Assembly (NCBI GenBank): GCA_050012475.1
Contig: JBEKHC010000011.1
Span: 1-64,000, forward strand
Direction: 5' to 3'
Length of the DNA: 64,000 bases
Source: Candidatus Velthaea sp.
GTDB taxonomy: Bacteria; Vulcanimicrobiota; Vulcanimicrobiia; Vulcanimicrobiales; Vulcanimicrobiaceae
Part shown: in pieces, positions 1-8,269 of the stretch
How the letters are laid out: the number at the start of each line of letters is the position of its first letter
Position numbering within the stretch: position 1 is the stretch's first letter
Position numbers and translations under genes: made by a program
Notes under the pieces: model-generated
What the model was told of the DNA's origin: nothing
What the model saw: the letters and a program-made list of their open reading frames with translations, nothing else
Databases searched by the model: none

Positions 1-1624
1 TGATGAACAGCCGCGACTTCTTGGCTTCGGCCATCGCTTCGCGCATGATCTCGATGGTGATGCCCGCAACTTTGATGTCCATCTGAATCGCGGTGATGCC
101 GTCGACGGTTCCCGCGACTTTGAAATCCATCTCGCCCAGCGCGTCTTCCAGACCTTGGATGTCGGTCAGAATCGCGTGCTTCTTGCCGTGCAGGATGAGA
201 CCCATCGCGACGCCCGCGACATGATTCTTGATCGGCACGCCGGCGTCCATGAGCGCCAGCGACGAACCACAGACCGACGCCATCGACGATGAGCCGTTCG
301 ATTCGAGCACTTCGCTGATGAGCCGCAGCGTATACGGGAAGTCTTCCTCGGCCGGCAGCACCGGAACGAGCGCGCGCTCCGCGAGCGCACCGTGGCCGAT
401 TTCGCGCCGCCCCGGCGCACGCATCGGTTTGGTTTCGCCCGTCGAGTACGGCGGGAAATTGTAGTAGTGCATATAGCGCTTGTTGGGAATCGCCATGATT
501 CCGTCGAGCCGCTGTTCGTCGCTGATCGAACCCAGGGTCGCCGCGGTGAGCACTTGCGTTTGCCCGCGGGTGAACAGACCCGTTCCGTGCACGCGCGGCA
601 CGTAGCCGACTTTCGACCAGATCGGCCGGATCTCGTCGGGCTTGCGGCCGTCGGGACGAATCTGTTCGTCGACGACCATCACGCGCAGCTCTTGCTCTTC
701 CATCGCCTTGATGATCTTCTCGAAGTCCTTATTGGCTTTATCTTCGAGCAGCGCAAGGATTCCCGGATCTTTGGCGCTGAGCTTGGCGATCGCCGCCGCG
801 CGCGACAACTTGTCGAACGCCGCATTGCGCTCGAGTTTGTCGCTCACGCGCATCGCTGCAGCAACTTCTTTTTTGAAGTTCTTTTCGACCCACGCTTTGA
901 GTTTGGGATCGCTGGTGAGCAGCGGGTATTCGCGTTTGGCCTTGCCGGCTTTCTTTGCCAGCTCGTCGATCGCCGTGACGATCTTCTTGATCTCGGCGTG
1001 AGCGAACTCCACCGCGCCCAAGAAATCTTCCTCGGAGATTTCGTTGCCGCCGCCTTCGACCATCATCACGGCATCGAGCGTGCCGGCGACGACGATATCC
1101 ATGCCGCCCGTCTCGTATTGCGGCAGCGTCGGATTACAAATGTACGCGCCGGCTTCATCGCGTCCGACTCGCACCGCGGCGACGTTTTTGTCGAACGGAA
1201 TATCGGACACCGCGAGTGCGGCGCCCGCGGCGCAGACCGCGATCACGTCGTTGTCGAGTTCGGGGTCGATCGACAGCACCGTCGTGATGATTTGCACGTC
1301 GTTACGGAAGCCGTCGGGGAACAGCGGGCGGATCGGCCGGTCGATCTGACGCGCGCTGAGCGTTCCGTGTTCGGACGGGCGGCCTTCGCGCTTGATATAG
1401 CCGCCGGGGATTTTGCCCGCGGCATACATCTTTTCTTCGAAGTCGCAAGTGAGCGGAAAGAAGTCGATGCCCTCGCGAGGTTTCTCGGAGGCGGTGACGG
1501 CGGCGAGGACAACGTTCTGGTCGCCATAGCGGACCAAGGCGCTGCCGTTAGCTTGCTTCGCAAGCTCGCCGGTCTCGATAATGAGGGTGCGGCCCCCAAT
1601 CTCGAGAGAGACGGAATCTGGCAC
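1..1624 (-). CDS. pnp: Polyribonucleotide nucleotidyltransferase (PNPase), 3' end outside window
   Basis: Read manually: AGGAGA RBS, then GTG at 1624 giving MPDSVSLEIGGRTLIIETGELAKQANGS. Later RRE(I)GHG and MDFKVAGT motifs. Lies downstream of rpsO. Absent from the ORF track because there is no stop inside the window. Confidence 0.97.
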   Translation of the reverse strand, partial: MPDSVSLEIGGRTLIIETGELAKQANGSALVRYGDQNVVLAAVTASEKPREGIDFFPLTCDFEEKMYAAGKIPGGYIKREGRPSEHGTLSARQIDRPIRPLFPDGFRNDVQIITTVLSIDPELDNDVIAVCAAGAALAVSDIPFDKNVAAVRVGRDEAGAYICNPTLPQYETGGMDIVVAGTLDAVMMVEGGGNEISEEDFLGAVEFAHAEIKKIVTAIDELAKKAGKAKREYPLLTSDPKLKAWVEKNFKKEVAAAMRVSDKLERNAAFDKLSRAAAIAKLSAKDPGILALLEDKANKDFEKIIKAMEEQELRVMVVDEQIRPDGRKPDEIRPIWSKVGYVPRVHGTGLFTRGQTQVLTAATLGSISDEQRLDGIMAIPNKRYMHYYNFPPYSTGETKPMRAPGRREIGHGALAERALVPVLPAEEDFPYTLRLISEVLESNGSSSMASVCGSSLALMDAGVPIKNHVAGVAMGLILHGKKHAILTDIQGLEDALGEMDFKVAGTVDGITAIQMDIKVAGITIEIMREAMAEAKKSRLFI

Positions 1625-1760
1625 AAGTTCTCCTATTTCGCGCGCGCTCCGCGAGGCAGGCGCACGCTTCTTACTGATTTTATTTTTACTCTTTGACCGG
1701 CGATACGTTCGTGCGCGCGCGGAAAATCGCCTCGTTTCAGCAAAAGCAGGCGACGGGTAC

Positions 1761-1801
1761 AAAAAGGCCGCCGCAAGCTTTACCGCGTTGCGGCGACGGC
1801 C
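1761..1801 (-). terminator. Probable intrinsic terminator after rpsO
   Basis: Minus strand GGCC..GCCGCAA-loop-TTGCGGC-GGCC followed by TTTTT. Confidence 0.65.
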
Positions 1802-1836
1802 GATGGAGATTTCCGGTCGCGCGAAACGAACCGGGC

Positions 1837-2106
1837 TTAGCGGCGCAGGCCCAAATCGGCGATCAGCTTGCGGTACCGGTCGAGATCCTTCTTGGCCAGA
1901 TAGCCGAGCAGACGCCGGCGCTGGCCGACTTGCATGAGCAGCCCACGCCGGCTGTGGTGATCCTTCTTGTGGATCTTGAGGTGCTCGTTGAGCTGATTGA
2001 TCGACGCGGTCAGAACGGCAATCTGCACGTCGGCCGAGCCGGTGTCGTTCGGTCCGCGGCCGTACTTGGTCGAAAGCTCGGACTTCTGTTCCTTGGTCAA
2101 GGGCAT
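1837..2106 (-). CDS. rpsO: 30S ribosomal protein S15
   Basis: 89 aa; [13 protein letters not shown] and [12 protein letters not shown] motifs; ends LGLRR. Confidence 0.99.
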   Translation of the reverse strand: MPLTKEQKSELSTKYGRGPNDTGSADVQIAVLTASINQLNEHLKIHKKDHHSRRGLLMQVGQRRRLLGYLAKKDLDRYRKLIADLGLRR

Positions 2107-2175
2107 GGAAAGGTTCGCTCCTGTCTCGCTCGTCTCCAGCTGCGCGCGCTCGCGCCCCAGGACGGCGACCGGCGA

Positions 2176-2204
2176 ATCATAGCAAAGGCGCCCGGCGGGG
2201 TCAA
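2176..2204 (-). promoter_or_regulatory. Sigma70-type promoter of rpsO
   Basis: Minus strand TTGACC (2204-2199), 17-bp spacer, TATGAT (2181-2176), with extended -10 TG. Confidence 0.75.
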
Positions 2205-2500
2205 ACGCCTTCGTCTGCCGGCGGTTCGGCCTCGACGAAGGCGACCCGCAGCGCGTCGCGCAAGGCGATGAGTCCGGGCGGCAGCGACGTGTCGCGCTGC
2301 TCGAGCAGTTCGAGTTCGGTCAACGCCCGCTGGGCCTCGGCTTTGCCCAGCGGCACGTAGAGCGTCGGCGCCAACTGCTTGTCGAGCTCCTCGATGGCGC
2401 GCTTGGCCATATTCGCTTGGCCCAACGAGTAGGCATGATGGTTGGCGTTGCCCAGAACGGTGAGTTCGGACTTGAGCCAATCGCGGTAATCCCGAAGCAA
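2201..2500 (-). CDS. Hypothetical protein (~99 aa, helical)
   Basis: AAGGGA then TTG at 2500 giving (M)[30 protein letters not shown]; fills the gap before the divergent Rieske gene. Confidence 0.65.
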   Translation of the reverse strand: MLRDYRDWLKSELTVLGNANHHAYSLGQANMAKRAIEELDKQLAPTLYVPLGKAEAQRALTELELLEQRDTSLPPGLIALRDALRVAFVEAEPPADEGV

Positions 2501-2533
2501 GGCGTCTGTTTTCCCTTCGCATAACTGGCTGGC

Positions 2534-2863
2534 GTGACCGTCGAATTCGTTCCCGTCGCTATGGTTTCCGATGTCGCGCCGGGCTCCGCGGCGACGGTCG
2601 TCGTCGACGGGCGTGAGATCGCCCTCTTCAACGCCGGCGGTTTGTTTTATGCCCTCGACAATACATGCCCGCACCAAGGCGGTCCGCTCGCCGAGGGCTG
2701 GATCGAAGGCTTGACCGTTACCTGCCCCTGGCACGCCTGGTGCTTTCGCTTGACGAACGGGCGCCTCACGCTCGGCGATCTGGAAGGCGTCGACACGTTC
2801 GACGTCCGGGTCGAGGCCGGCGTGGTCAGCGTAGCGCGCACCCCCAAGCCGGAAAGCGGTTAA
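2534..2863 (+). CDS. Rieske [2Fe-2S] ferredoxin (NirD/dioxygenase ferredoxin-like)
   Basis: CPHQGGPL and CPWH motifs, 109 aa. Confidence 0.92.
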   Translation: MTVEFVPVAMVSDVAPGSAATVVVDGREIALFNAGGLFYALDNTCPHQGGPLAEGWIEGLTVTCPWHAWCFRLTNGRLTLGDLEGVDTFDVRVEAGVVSVARTPKPESG

Positions 2864-3870
2864 ACGGCGAGGGCGTCGCGCAAATCGGCGAGCCGGCGCG
2901 AGCCGGTGGCGAACTGCGCGATGCGCAGGGCCGTGGTCAGCTCGCCGACGAGTTCGTGGACGGCCTCCTCAGAGCGGTTTGCCGCTTCGAGAAACGGCAA
3001 GGCGACCCCGCACAAGTCGGCGCCCAGCGCGATGGCTTTGGCGATATCGACGCCGTTGCGAACGCCGCCGCTCGCGATGAGCGGCATGTCGGGCATCGCC
3101 CGGCGGATCTCGGCCGTGGCTCGCGCCGTCGCCTGGCCCCAGCTCCCGAAGGCTTCGGCGATCCGCTCGCGTCCGGCGTCGCCCGTGCGCCGGCCTTCGA
3201 CGAGCGCCCACGAGGTGCCGCCGGCGCCCGCGACGTCGATGGCGGCGATCCCCGCGTCGCGCAGCCGCAGTGCGGTCCGCACCGCGATCCCCGACCCAAC
3301 GCCCTTGGCGAACACGGGGACGCCCAGCGCGCCGCACAACCGCTCGATCTTCGGCAGCAGGTCGCGAAAGTTCGTGTCGCCGTGCAGCTGCAGCGCCTCC
3401 TGCAGCGGGTTGAAGTGCAGATAAAGGGCATTGGCGTCGTGCAGTTCGACCAGGCGCCGTGCGTCGTCGACGGTGACCCCGTAGTTGAGCTGGACCGCCC
3501 CGATGTTGGCGAACAGCGGGATCGTCGGCGCCAGGTCGCGCACCGCGTACGTTTCCGCCAAGCGCGCGTCTTCGAGCGCGGCGCGTCCGCTGCCCAGCCC
3601 CAAGGCGATGCCGCCGGCCTCCGCGCCCGCCGCCAGGCGCCGGTTGATGTCGCGGGCCCGGCTGGTTCCGCCCGTCATCGACGAGATGACCAGCGGCGCG
3701 CGCAGCCGGAAGGTCAGAAAACGGGCACTCGAATCGACGTCGGCCAGCGCGAATTCGGGCAATGCTTCGTGGCGCAGCCGGACCGCCTGGAATCCGGCGT
3801 CCAGGCGCGAGGCCACATCATCTTCCAGACAAATGTCGAGATGCCGGCTCTTGCGCGCGTCGGTGTCCAT
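2860..3870 (-). CDS. fni: Type 2 isopentenyl-diphosphate delta-isomerase (FMN-dependent)
   Basis: RKxxHL, ISSMTGG, ANIGAVQL, HFNPLQE, AGAGGTSW, ASGGVRNG motifs. Confidence 0.96.
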   Translation of the reverse strand: MDTDARKSRHLDICLEDDVASRLDAGFQAVRLRHEALPEFALADVDSSARFLTFRLRAPLVISSMTGGTSRARDINRRLAAGAEAGGIALGLGSGRAALEDARLAETYAVRDLAPTIPLFANIGAVQLNYGVTVDDARRLVELHDANALYLHFNPLQEALQLHGDTNFRDLLPKIERLCGALGVPVFAKGVGSGIAVRTALRLRDAGIAAIDVAGAGGTSWALVEGRRTGDAGRERIAEAFGSWGQATARATAEIRRAMPDMPLIASGGVRNGVDIAKAIALGADLCGVALPFLEAANRSEEAVHELVGELTTALRIAQFATGSRRLADLRDALAV

Positions 3871-3944
3871 GGGCAGCAACGCTTCGCCGCTTTCGCTGTC
3901 GTGCCCGGTGAGGTCGCGCGCCGTCGTTTACGGAAGCTTCACGC

Positions 3945-4442
3945 ATGAACTACGTCTACGACGGCGCGACGGGACTCGCCGGAGGACCCTCCTTCGGCGC
4001 CGGACTGGCGGCGCTGGCTGCGGAAAAGCGTGTCAGTCCGGCGGAGTTGGCCGCCGCTTGCGGCCGCGAAGCGGGCGGCGCCGACGCTATCCTCCAAGGG
4101 GACGAGCTCGTCACCGTCGCCGTGCTGGCGCGGCTGGCGCGCGTGCTGCGCGTCCGCCCGATCGAGTTCATGCAGAAGACCGGCATGCTGGGGCTCGAGG
4201 TGTATGCGGCCGGACTCGATCCGCTGTTCTTTTTGCCCGACGGGCCGATCCGGCATGACGCCCGCATCTACATGCGCGAAATCAACCCGCGCCACGCCGT
4301 GCCTGAAAACGATATGACCAAACGCAACCCGACCCTGAAAGCCGTGGCTGACGACCCCCTGCTCGATCCGATCGGCAAACTCGAAAGCGAAATAACCTAT
4401 TTGCTTGCGACGGCCGTCGCGGCGACGGGCGGCCGCTTGTAG
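3945..4442 (+). CDS. Hypothetical protein with degenerate XRE-like HTH N-terminus
   Basis: FGAGLAALAAEKRVSPAELAAACG...LARLARVLRV follows the XRE helix pattern; C-terminal part not recognised. Confidence 0.65.
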   Translation: MNYVYDGATGLAGGPSFGAGLAALAAEKRVSPAELAAACGREAGGADAILQGDELVTVAVLARLARVLRVRPIEFMQKTGMLGLEVYAAGLDPLFFLPDGPIRHDARIYMREINPRHAVPENDMTKRNPTLKAVADDPLLDPIGKLESEITYLLATAVAATGGRL

Positions 4443-4502
4443 CCCAGCGTTGCAAGAACGGCGGATAAGGGCCCGGAGGCCGGTTCACGGAAAGCCCGGG
4501 GC

Positions 4503-5060
4503 ATGGATATCGAAGGGAAGCGAGTCGCCGCGCTAGTCGGCGACGGGTTCGAAGAGTCTGAATTGTTCGAGCCGAAACGCGCGCTCGAAGACGCCGGCGC
4601 GATCGTCACGATCGTCGGCGCAGGTGAAAAAGCACTGCAAAAAATACGCGGTAAAAAAGGCCTTGACGAAGGCCAAAGCGTGAAAGCCGAAGAGCTCGTC
4701 GCGGATGTCACCGCCGACGATTTCGACGCGCTGCTGATCCCCGGCGGAATGTCGCCGGACCACATCCGGACCAACAAAGACGTGCAGCGGTTCGTGAAAG
4801 ACTTCGACGCTGCCAAGAAACCCATGTTCGTCATCTGTCATGGGCCGCAGGTTCTCATCTCCGCGCAGGTCGTGCGCGGCCGTACCCTTACCGGGTTCGC
4901 CGCCATTGCCGACGACATCCGCAATGCCGGCGGGCTTTACCGCGATCAGCCGATCGTGACCGACGGGAATTGGGTCACCTCTCGGCATCCCGGCGACATC
5001 CCGATGTTCAATCGCGCCATGCTCGAGAAACTCGCGAGCACCGCAACGGCGCAAGTATAG
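4503..5060 (+). CDS. PfpI/DJ-1 family protein (type 1 glutamine amidotransferase fold)
   Basis: DGFEESE, LLIPGG, ICHGPQ, TSRHPGD motifs. Confidence 0.93.
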   Translation: MDIEGKRVAALVGDGFEESELFEPKRALEDAGAIVTIVGAGEKALQKIRGKKGLDEGQSVKAEELVADVTADDFDALLIPGGMSPDHIRTNKDVQRFVKDFDAAKKPMFVICHGPQVLISAQVVRGRTLTGFAAIADDIRNAGGLYRDQPIVTDGNWVTSRHPGDIPMFNRAMLEKLASTATAQV

Positions 5061-5062
5061 CA

Positions 5063-5116
5063 GCAGGGCTCAGCTTCGCTGAGCCCGTGGCGTTCGCCGC
5101 TGCGCGCCGAGCCGCG
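5063..5116 (+). repeat. REP-like palindromic element, copy A
   Basis: Perfect hairpin GGGCTCAGC-TTC-GCTGAGCCC (5066-5086) plus GTGGCGTTCG..GCTGCG..GAGCCGC tail shared with copies at 23.7 and 25.0 kb. Confidence 0.7.
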
Positions 5117-5139
5117 GGCCGCGAGTATCCCATCATAAG

Positions 5140-5178
5140 AAAAGAACCGGCGACGGGGGCCTATCGCCGGTTTCTTTT
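5140..5178. terminator. Bidirectional intrinsic terminator between convergent genes
   Basis: AAAAGAACCGGCGA-loop-TCGCCGGTTTCTTTT. Confidence 0.8.
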
Positions 5179-5194
5179 AATGTGACCGCCGAAG

Positions 5195-6316
5195 CTATTC
5201 GACGAGTGCGAGGCGGGGGTTGGGGCGTTCGGGCCGGCCGACTTTATGACACTCCGTCCAGCCCGTGCCGTCCTGCACGGCCACGATGTCGGCGGTGAAA
5301 TCGTACGTGCCGGTATCGTCGAAGAACGCGCTGCCGACCGCATATGCGTCGACCGGCACGCCTTCGGCTTCGAACGTGCGGATTTTCTGCGCGTGAAAAC
5401 CGCCGCTGGCGACGATGCGGACGCCGGCAAAACTCTCGGCGTCCAGCGCGGCGCGCACGTTGCGCACGAGCTGCATGTTGACGCCCGTCGGCGTGAAGGT
5501 TCCCATCATCGGCACGATCGAGGCATCGACGAGCGTGCCTGACGTATCGAGCCGCACGCCCCACAGCCGTTCGCCCAGCGCGCGCGCAACGCACAGCGAC
5601 GTTCCCACGCAGTCATTGTCGAAATCGACCAGCGCGATGACGTTGACGGCAGGGTCGATGTACTGAGCGAATTTTTGGGTCGCTAGGACCGTATCGCCGT
5701 CGTACGCCGCGATGAGCGCGTGCGGGACGGTGCCCATGCCGCGCGAGCCCCACCATTCGGCGTTGGCGTCGGTCGAAACGCCCAGCGCGCCCGAGATATA
5801 GGCGGCATACCCGTCTCCGGTTTGCACCAAATGGTGGTCGAATCGAGCGGGAAAGAAGAGTACTTCCTTGCCGTTGGCAGCATCGACGATGGCGCGCGCG
5901 TTGGTGGCGATCCGCGTCCGGCGCGAGAGGACGCCCAAGTAGCATGTTTCCAAATGCGCGAAGGTGCAGTAGTCGCCTTCGATCGTCAGCACCGTTTCGT
6001 ACGGCGAGATGCCGTCGCCGTCGTAGAGTGCGTGCACCCGCAGATCTTGCCAGCCGTCGACCCAGCTGCCGTCTGCGGCGTGATATCCGGAGCAGAGCCG
6101 CAGAATCGCCAGGGCTTCGTCGATGCCGCAGAGCACGGCGGAGCTGCGTTGGAAGACTTGCATGCGAACGCGCGGATGGTGTCCGTCGGCCCGCATGATG
6201 TCGCGAGCGCGGTTGAAATAGGTGTCGGAATAGTAGCCGTCGCGCATCTTCTCAACCGGCAAGTTAAGAATTGCCGCATCCAAGCGGGGGCGGACGGTGC
6301 GCTGCATGGGACGCAT
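5195..6316 (-). CDS. Nicotinate/quinolinate phosphoribosyltransferase family protein
   Basis: GYYSDTYF, FPARFDH, GTVPHALI, LVDFDNDC, GVRLDTS motifs. Confidence 0.88.
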   Translation of the reverse strand: MRPMQRTVRPRLDAAILNLPVEKMRDGYYSDTYFNRARDIMRADGHHPRVRMQVFQRSSAVLCGIDEALAILRLCSGYHAADGSWVDGWQDLRVHALYDGDGISPYETVLTIEGDYCTFAHLETCYLGVLSRRTRIATNARAIVDAANGKEVLFFPARFDHHLVQTGDGYAAYISGALGVSTDANAEWWGSRGMGTVPHALIAAYDGDTVLATQKFAQYIDPAVNVIALVDFDNDCVGTSLCVARALGERLWGVRLDTSGTLVDASIVPMMGTFTPTGVNMQLVRNVRAALDAESFAGVRIVASGGFHAQKIRTFEAEGVPVDAYAVGSAFFDDTGTYDFTADIVAVQDGTGWTECHKVGRPERPNPRLALVE

Positions 6317-6342
6317 GTTCTGATCCGTGGAATGGAATCCTC

Positions 6343-8103
6343 ATGACGCGCTTACCGAATGCGGACATTGCAAAGACTCTCATGCAGATTCGGACGCTCA
6401 TGGAATTTGCCGGCGAGCCGTTTTTCAAATTCATGGCTTACGAGCGGGCCGCCGAGACGCTCGAAAACGCAGCGCCGGTCGCCGAGTTGGCGGCGGCGGG
6501 CCGGCTGCAAGAGCTGCCCGGGATCGGCAAGACGATCGCCGGCCGGATCGCCGAGATCTGCGCGACCGGATCGTGCGCGTATCTCGAGGAATTGGCCGCA
6601 AAGTATCCGCTGACGCTGGTCGAACTTCTCGGCGTCTCGGGCGTCGGCATGAAAACCGCGCAGCAGCTCTTCGGCACGCTGGGCATCGCGTCGCTGGCCG
6701 ACCTCGAGGCCGCGCTCGCGGCAAACCGGCTCGACGGCTTGCCGCGCGTGGGGGCAAAGACGATCGACAACATCCGCCGCGGGGTTCTTGCGTTCAAAGG
6801 CCGTCAGCGCCGCACGCTGCTGGGCGCGGCCTTGCCTATCGCAAACTCGATCATCGACTACTTGGCGGCGCATACGGACGCTGCCGATCTCACGCCTGCG
6901 GGCAGCGTTCGGCGCCAGGAACCGACGGTCGGCGACATCGACATCCTGTGCACTTCAAACGATGCCGATGCGGTGATCGCGGCGTTCACGCGTTGGGAAC
7001 AGGCCGAAGCGGTTCTTGCGGAAGGCGGAACCAAAGCGAGCGTCTGGCTGAGCGGAGGACTGCAGATCGATCTGCGCGTGCTGCCGGCGCATCTCTACGG
7101 GAACCTGCTGCAGCACTTTACGGGGAGCCGCGAGCACAACATTCAGCTGCGCGAACTCGCGGTGCGTAAGAATCTGCGCGTCAGCGAAAACGGCATCGTC
7201 GATCTGGGCGCCGGCACGACCACGACCTGCCGGACCGAAGCCGAGGTGTACGAGCGGCTGGGCTTACCCTACATTCCGCCCGAACTGCGGCTGGGCATCG
7301 GCGAGATCGAGGCCGCGCGCGACGGCACGCTGCCCGCGGTCGTCGAACTCGCCGACGTGCGCGGCGACTTTCACATGCACTGCACGTGGAGCGACGGCCG
7401 CAACACGCTCGAAGCGATGATCGCCGCCGCCGCGGAGCGCGGCTATGCGTATCATTCGGTGAGCGATCATTCGTGGGGCCGCGGCGGCATGGGCATGTCG
7501 CCCGAAGATCTGCGCGCGCAACGCCGGCGCGTCGAAGAGATCGGCGACCAGTACGGCGTGCGGACGCTGCGCTCGAGCGAGGTCGACATCTTGCCCGACG
7601 GCACGCTGGATTTTCCGGATGCGGTTTTGGCCGAACTCGACATCGTGGTGGCCAGCGTTCACTCGGCGCTCAATATCTCGCGCGACGACATGACGCGCCG
7701 GCTCATCCGGGCCTGCGAGAATCCATACGTGAACATCATCGGACATCCGACGGGCCGCCACATCGAAACGTTTGGGGGCTATGAGTTCGACTACGACGCC
7801 GTGTTTGCGGCGGCGGCGCGCACGGGCACGGCGCTGGAGATCGACGGCCAACCGAATCGGCTCGACCTGCCCAGTTCGCTCGCCCGGCGCGCGAGCGAAT
7901 TCGGGGTCACCTTCACCTGCGATTCCGACGCGCACGGCATCGAGCAATTAGCCAACATTGCCTACGCGATCGGACAAGCGCGCCGCGCGTGGCTGCAGCC
8001 GTCGCAGATTCTCAACACCCGCGATCTTGCCGGCGTGCTCGCGTTCGTCGAAGCGAAACGGGCGCGCAGCGGCGCTGCGCCGCAGGGCTCGCCGCAGCCG
8101 TAA
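6343..8103 (+). CDS. polX: DNA polymerase X / PHP 3'-5' exonuclease
   Basis: HhH motifs (LPGIG, GVGMK); GSVRR..GDIDIL; HFTGSREHN; PHP motifs HMH, DH, HPTGR, DSDAH; ATG at 6343. Confidence 0.96.
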   Translation: MTRLPNADIAKTLMQIRTLMEFAGEPFFKFMAYERAAETLENAAPVAELAAAGRLQELPGIGKTIAGRIAEICATGSCAYLEELAAKYPLTLVELLGVSGVGMKTAQQLFGTLGIASLADLEAALAANRLDGLPRVGAKTIDNIRRGVLAFKGRQRRTLLGAALPIANSIIDYLAAHTDAADLTPAGSVRRQEPTVGDIDILCTSNDADAVIAAFTRWEQAEAVLAEGGTKASVWLSGGLQIDLRVLPAHLYGNLLQHFTGSREHNIQLRELAVRKNLRVSENGIVDLGAGTTTTCRTEAEVYERLGLPYIPPELRLGIGEIEAARDGTLPAVVELADVRGDFHMHCTWSDGRNTLEAMIAAAAERGYAYHSVSDHSWGRGGMGMSPEDLRAQRRRVEEIGDQYGVRTLRSSEVDILPDGTLDFPDAVLAELDIVVASVHSALNISRDDMTRRLIRACENPYVNIIGHPTGRHIETFGGYEFDYDAVFAAAARTGTALEIDGQPNRLDLPSSLARRASEFGVTFTCDSDAHGIEQLANIAYAIGQARRAWLQPSQILNTRDLAGVLAFVEAKRARSGAAPQGSPQP

Positions 8104-8125
8104 TTTCGCCGGCGGCCACGTCTCG

Positions 8126-8260
8126 TTACTTGAAGAGGGCGCTCGCGCTCACGGCCGTATTCAAAAATCCCCACGCTAAGGGAATGCCGACGAACACCCA
8201 CGCCGCCACGAGTTTGACCGCGGTGGCCGGTTCGCCGGCGCCCGGTTTGCTCTGCTCCAT
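8126..8260 (-). CDS. Small membrane protein (44 aa), putative OFA-MFS small subunit
   Basis: Manual read: GGGAGA RBS, ATG 8260, MEQSKPGAGEPATAVKLVAAWVFVGIPLAWGFLNTAVSASALFK*; starts 9 nt after the MFS stop. Confidence 0.8.
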   Translation of the reverse strand: MEQSKPGAGEPATAVKLVAAWVFVGIPLAWGFLNTAVSASALFK

Positions 8261-8269
8261 ATGGTCTCC

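Noticed and set aside
392..1696. 434-aa plus-strand ORF and similar long ORFs (e.g. 7962-9683, 17725-19473, 27820-29604, 47478-49151, 60835-62166)
   Set aside because: Antisense or off-frame shadows of well-supported genes, expected in high-GC DNA; no motifs of their own
6343..8103. PolX as a marker of a phage, mobile or defence island
   Set aside because: Ordinary chromosomal PolX-PHP among housekeeping genes; no integrase, att sites or other defence genes seen
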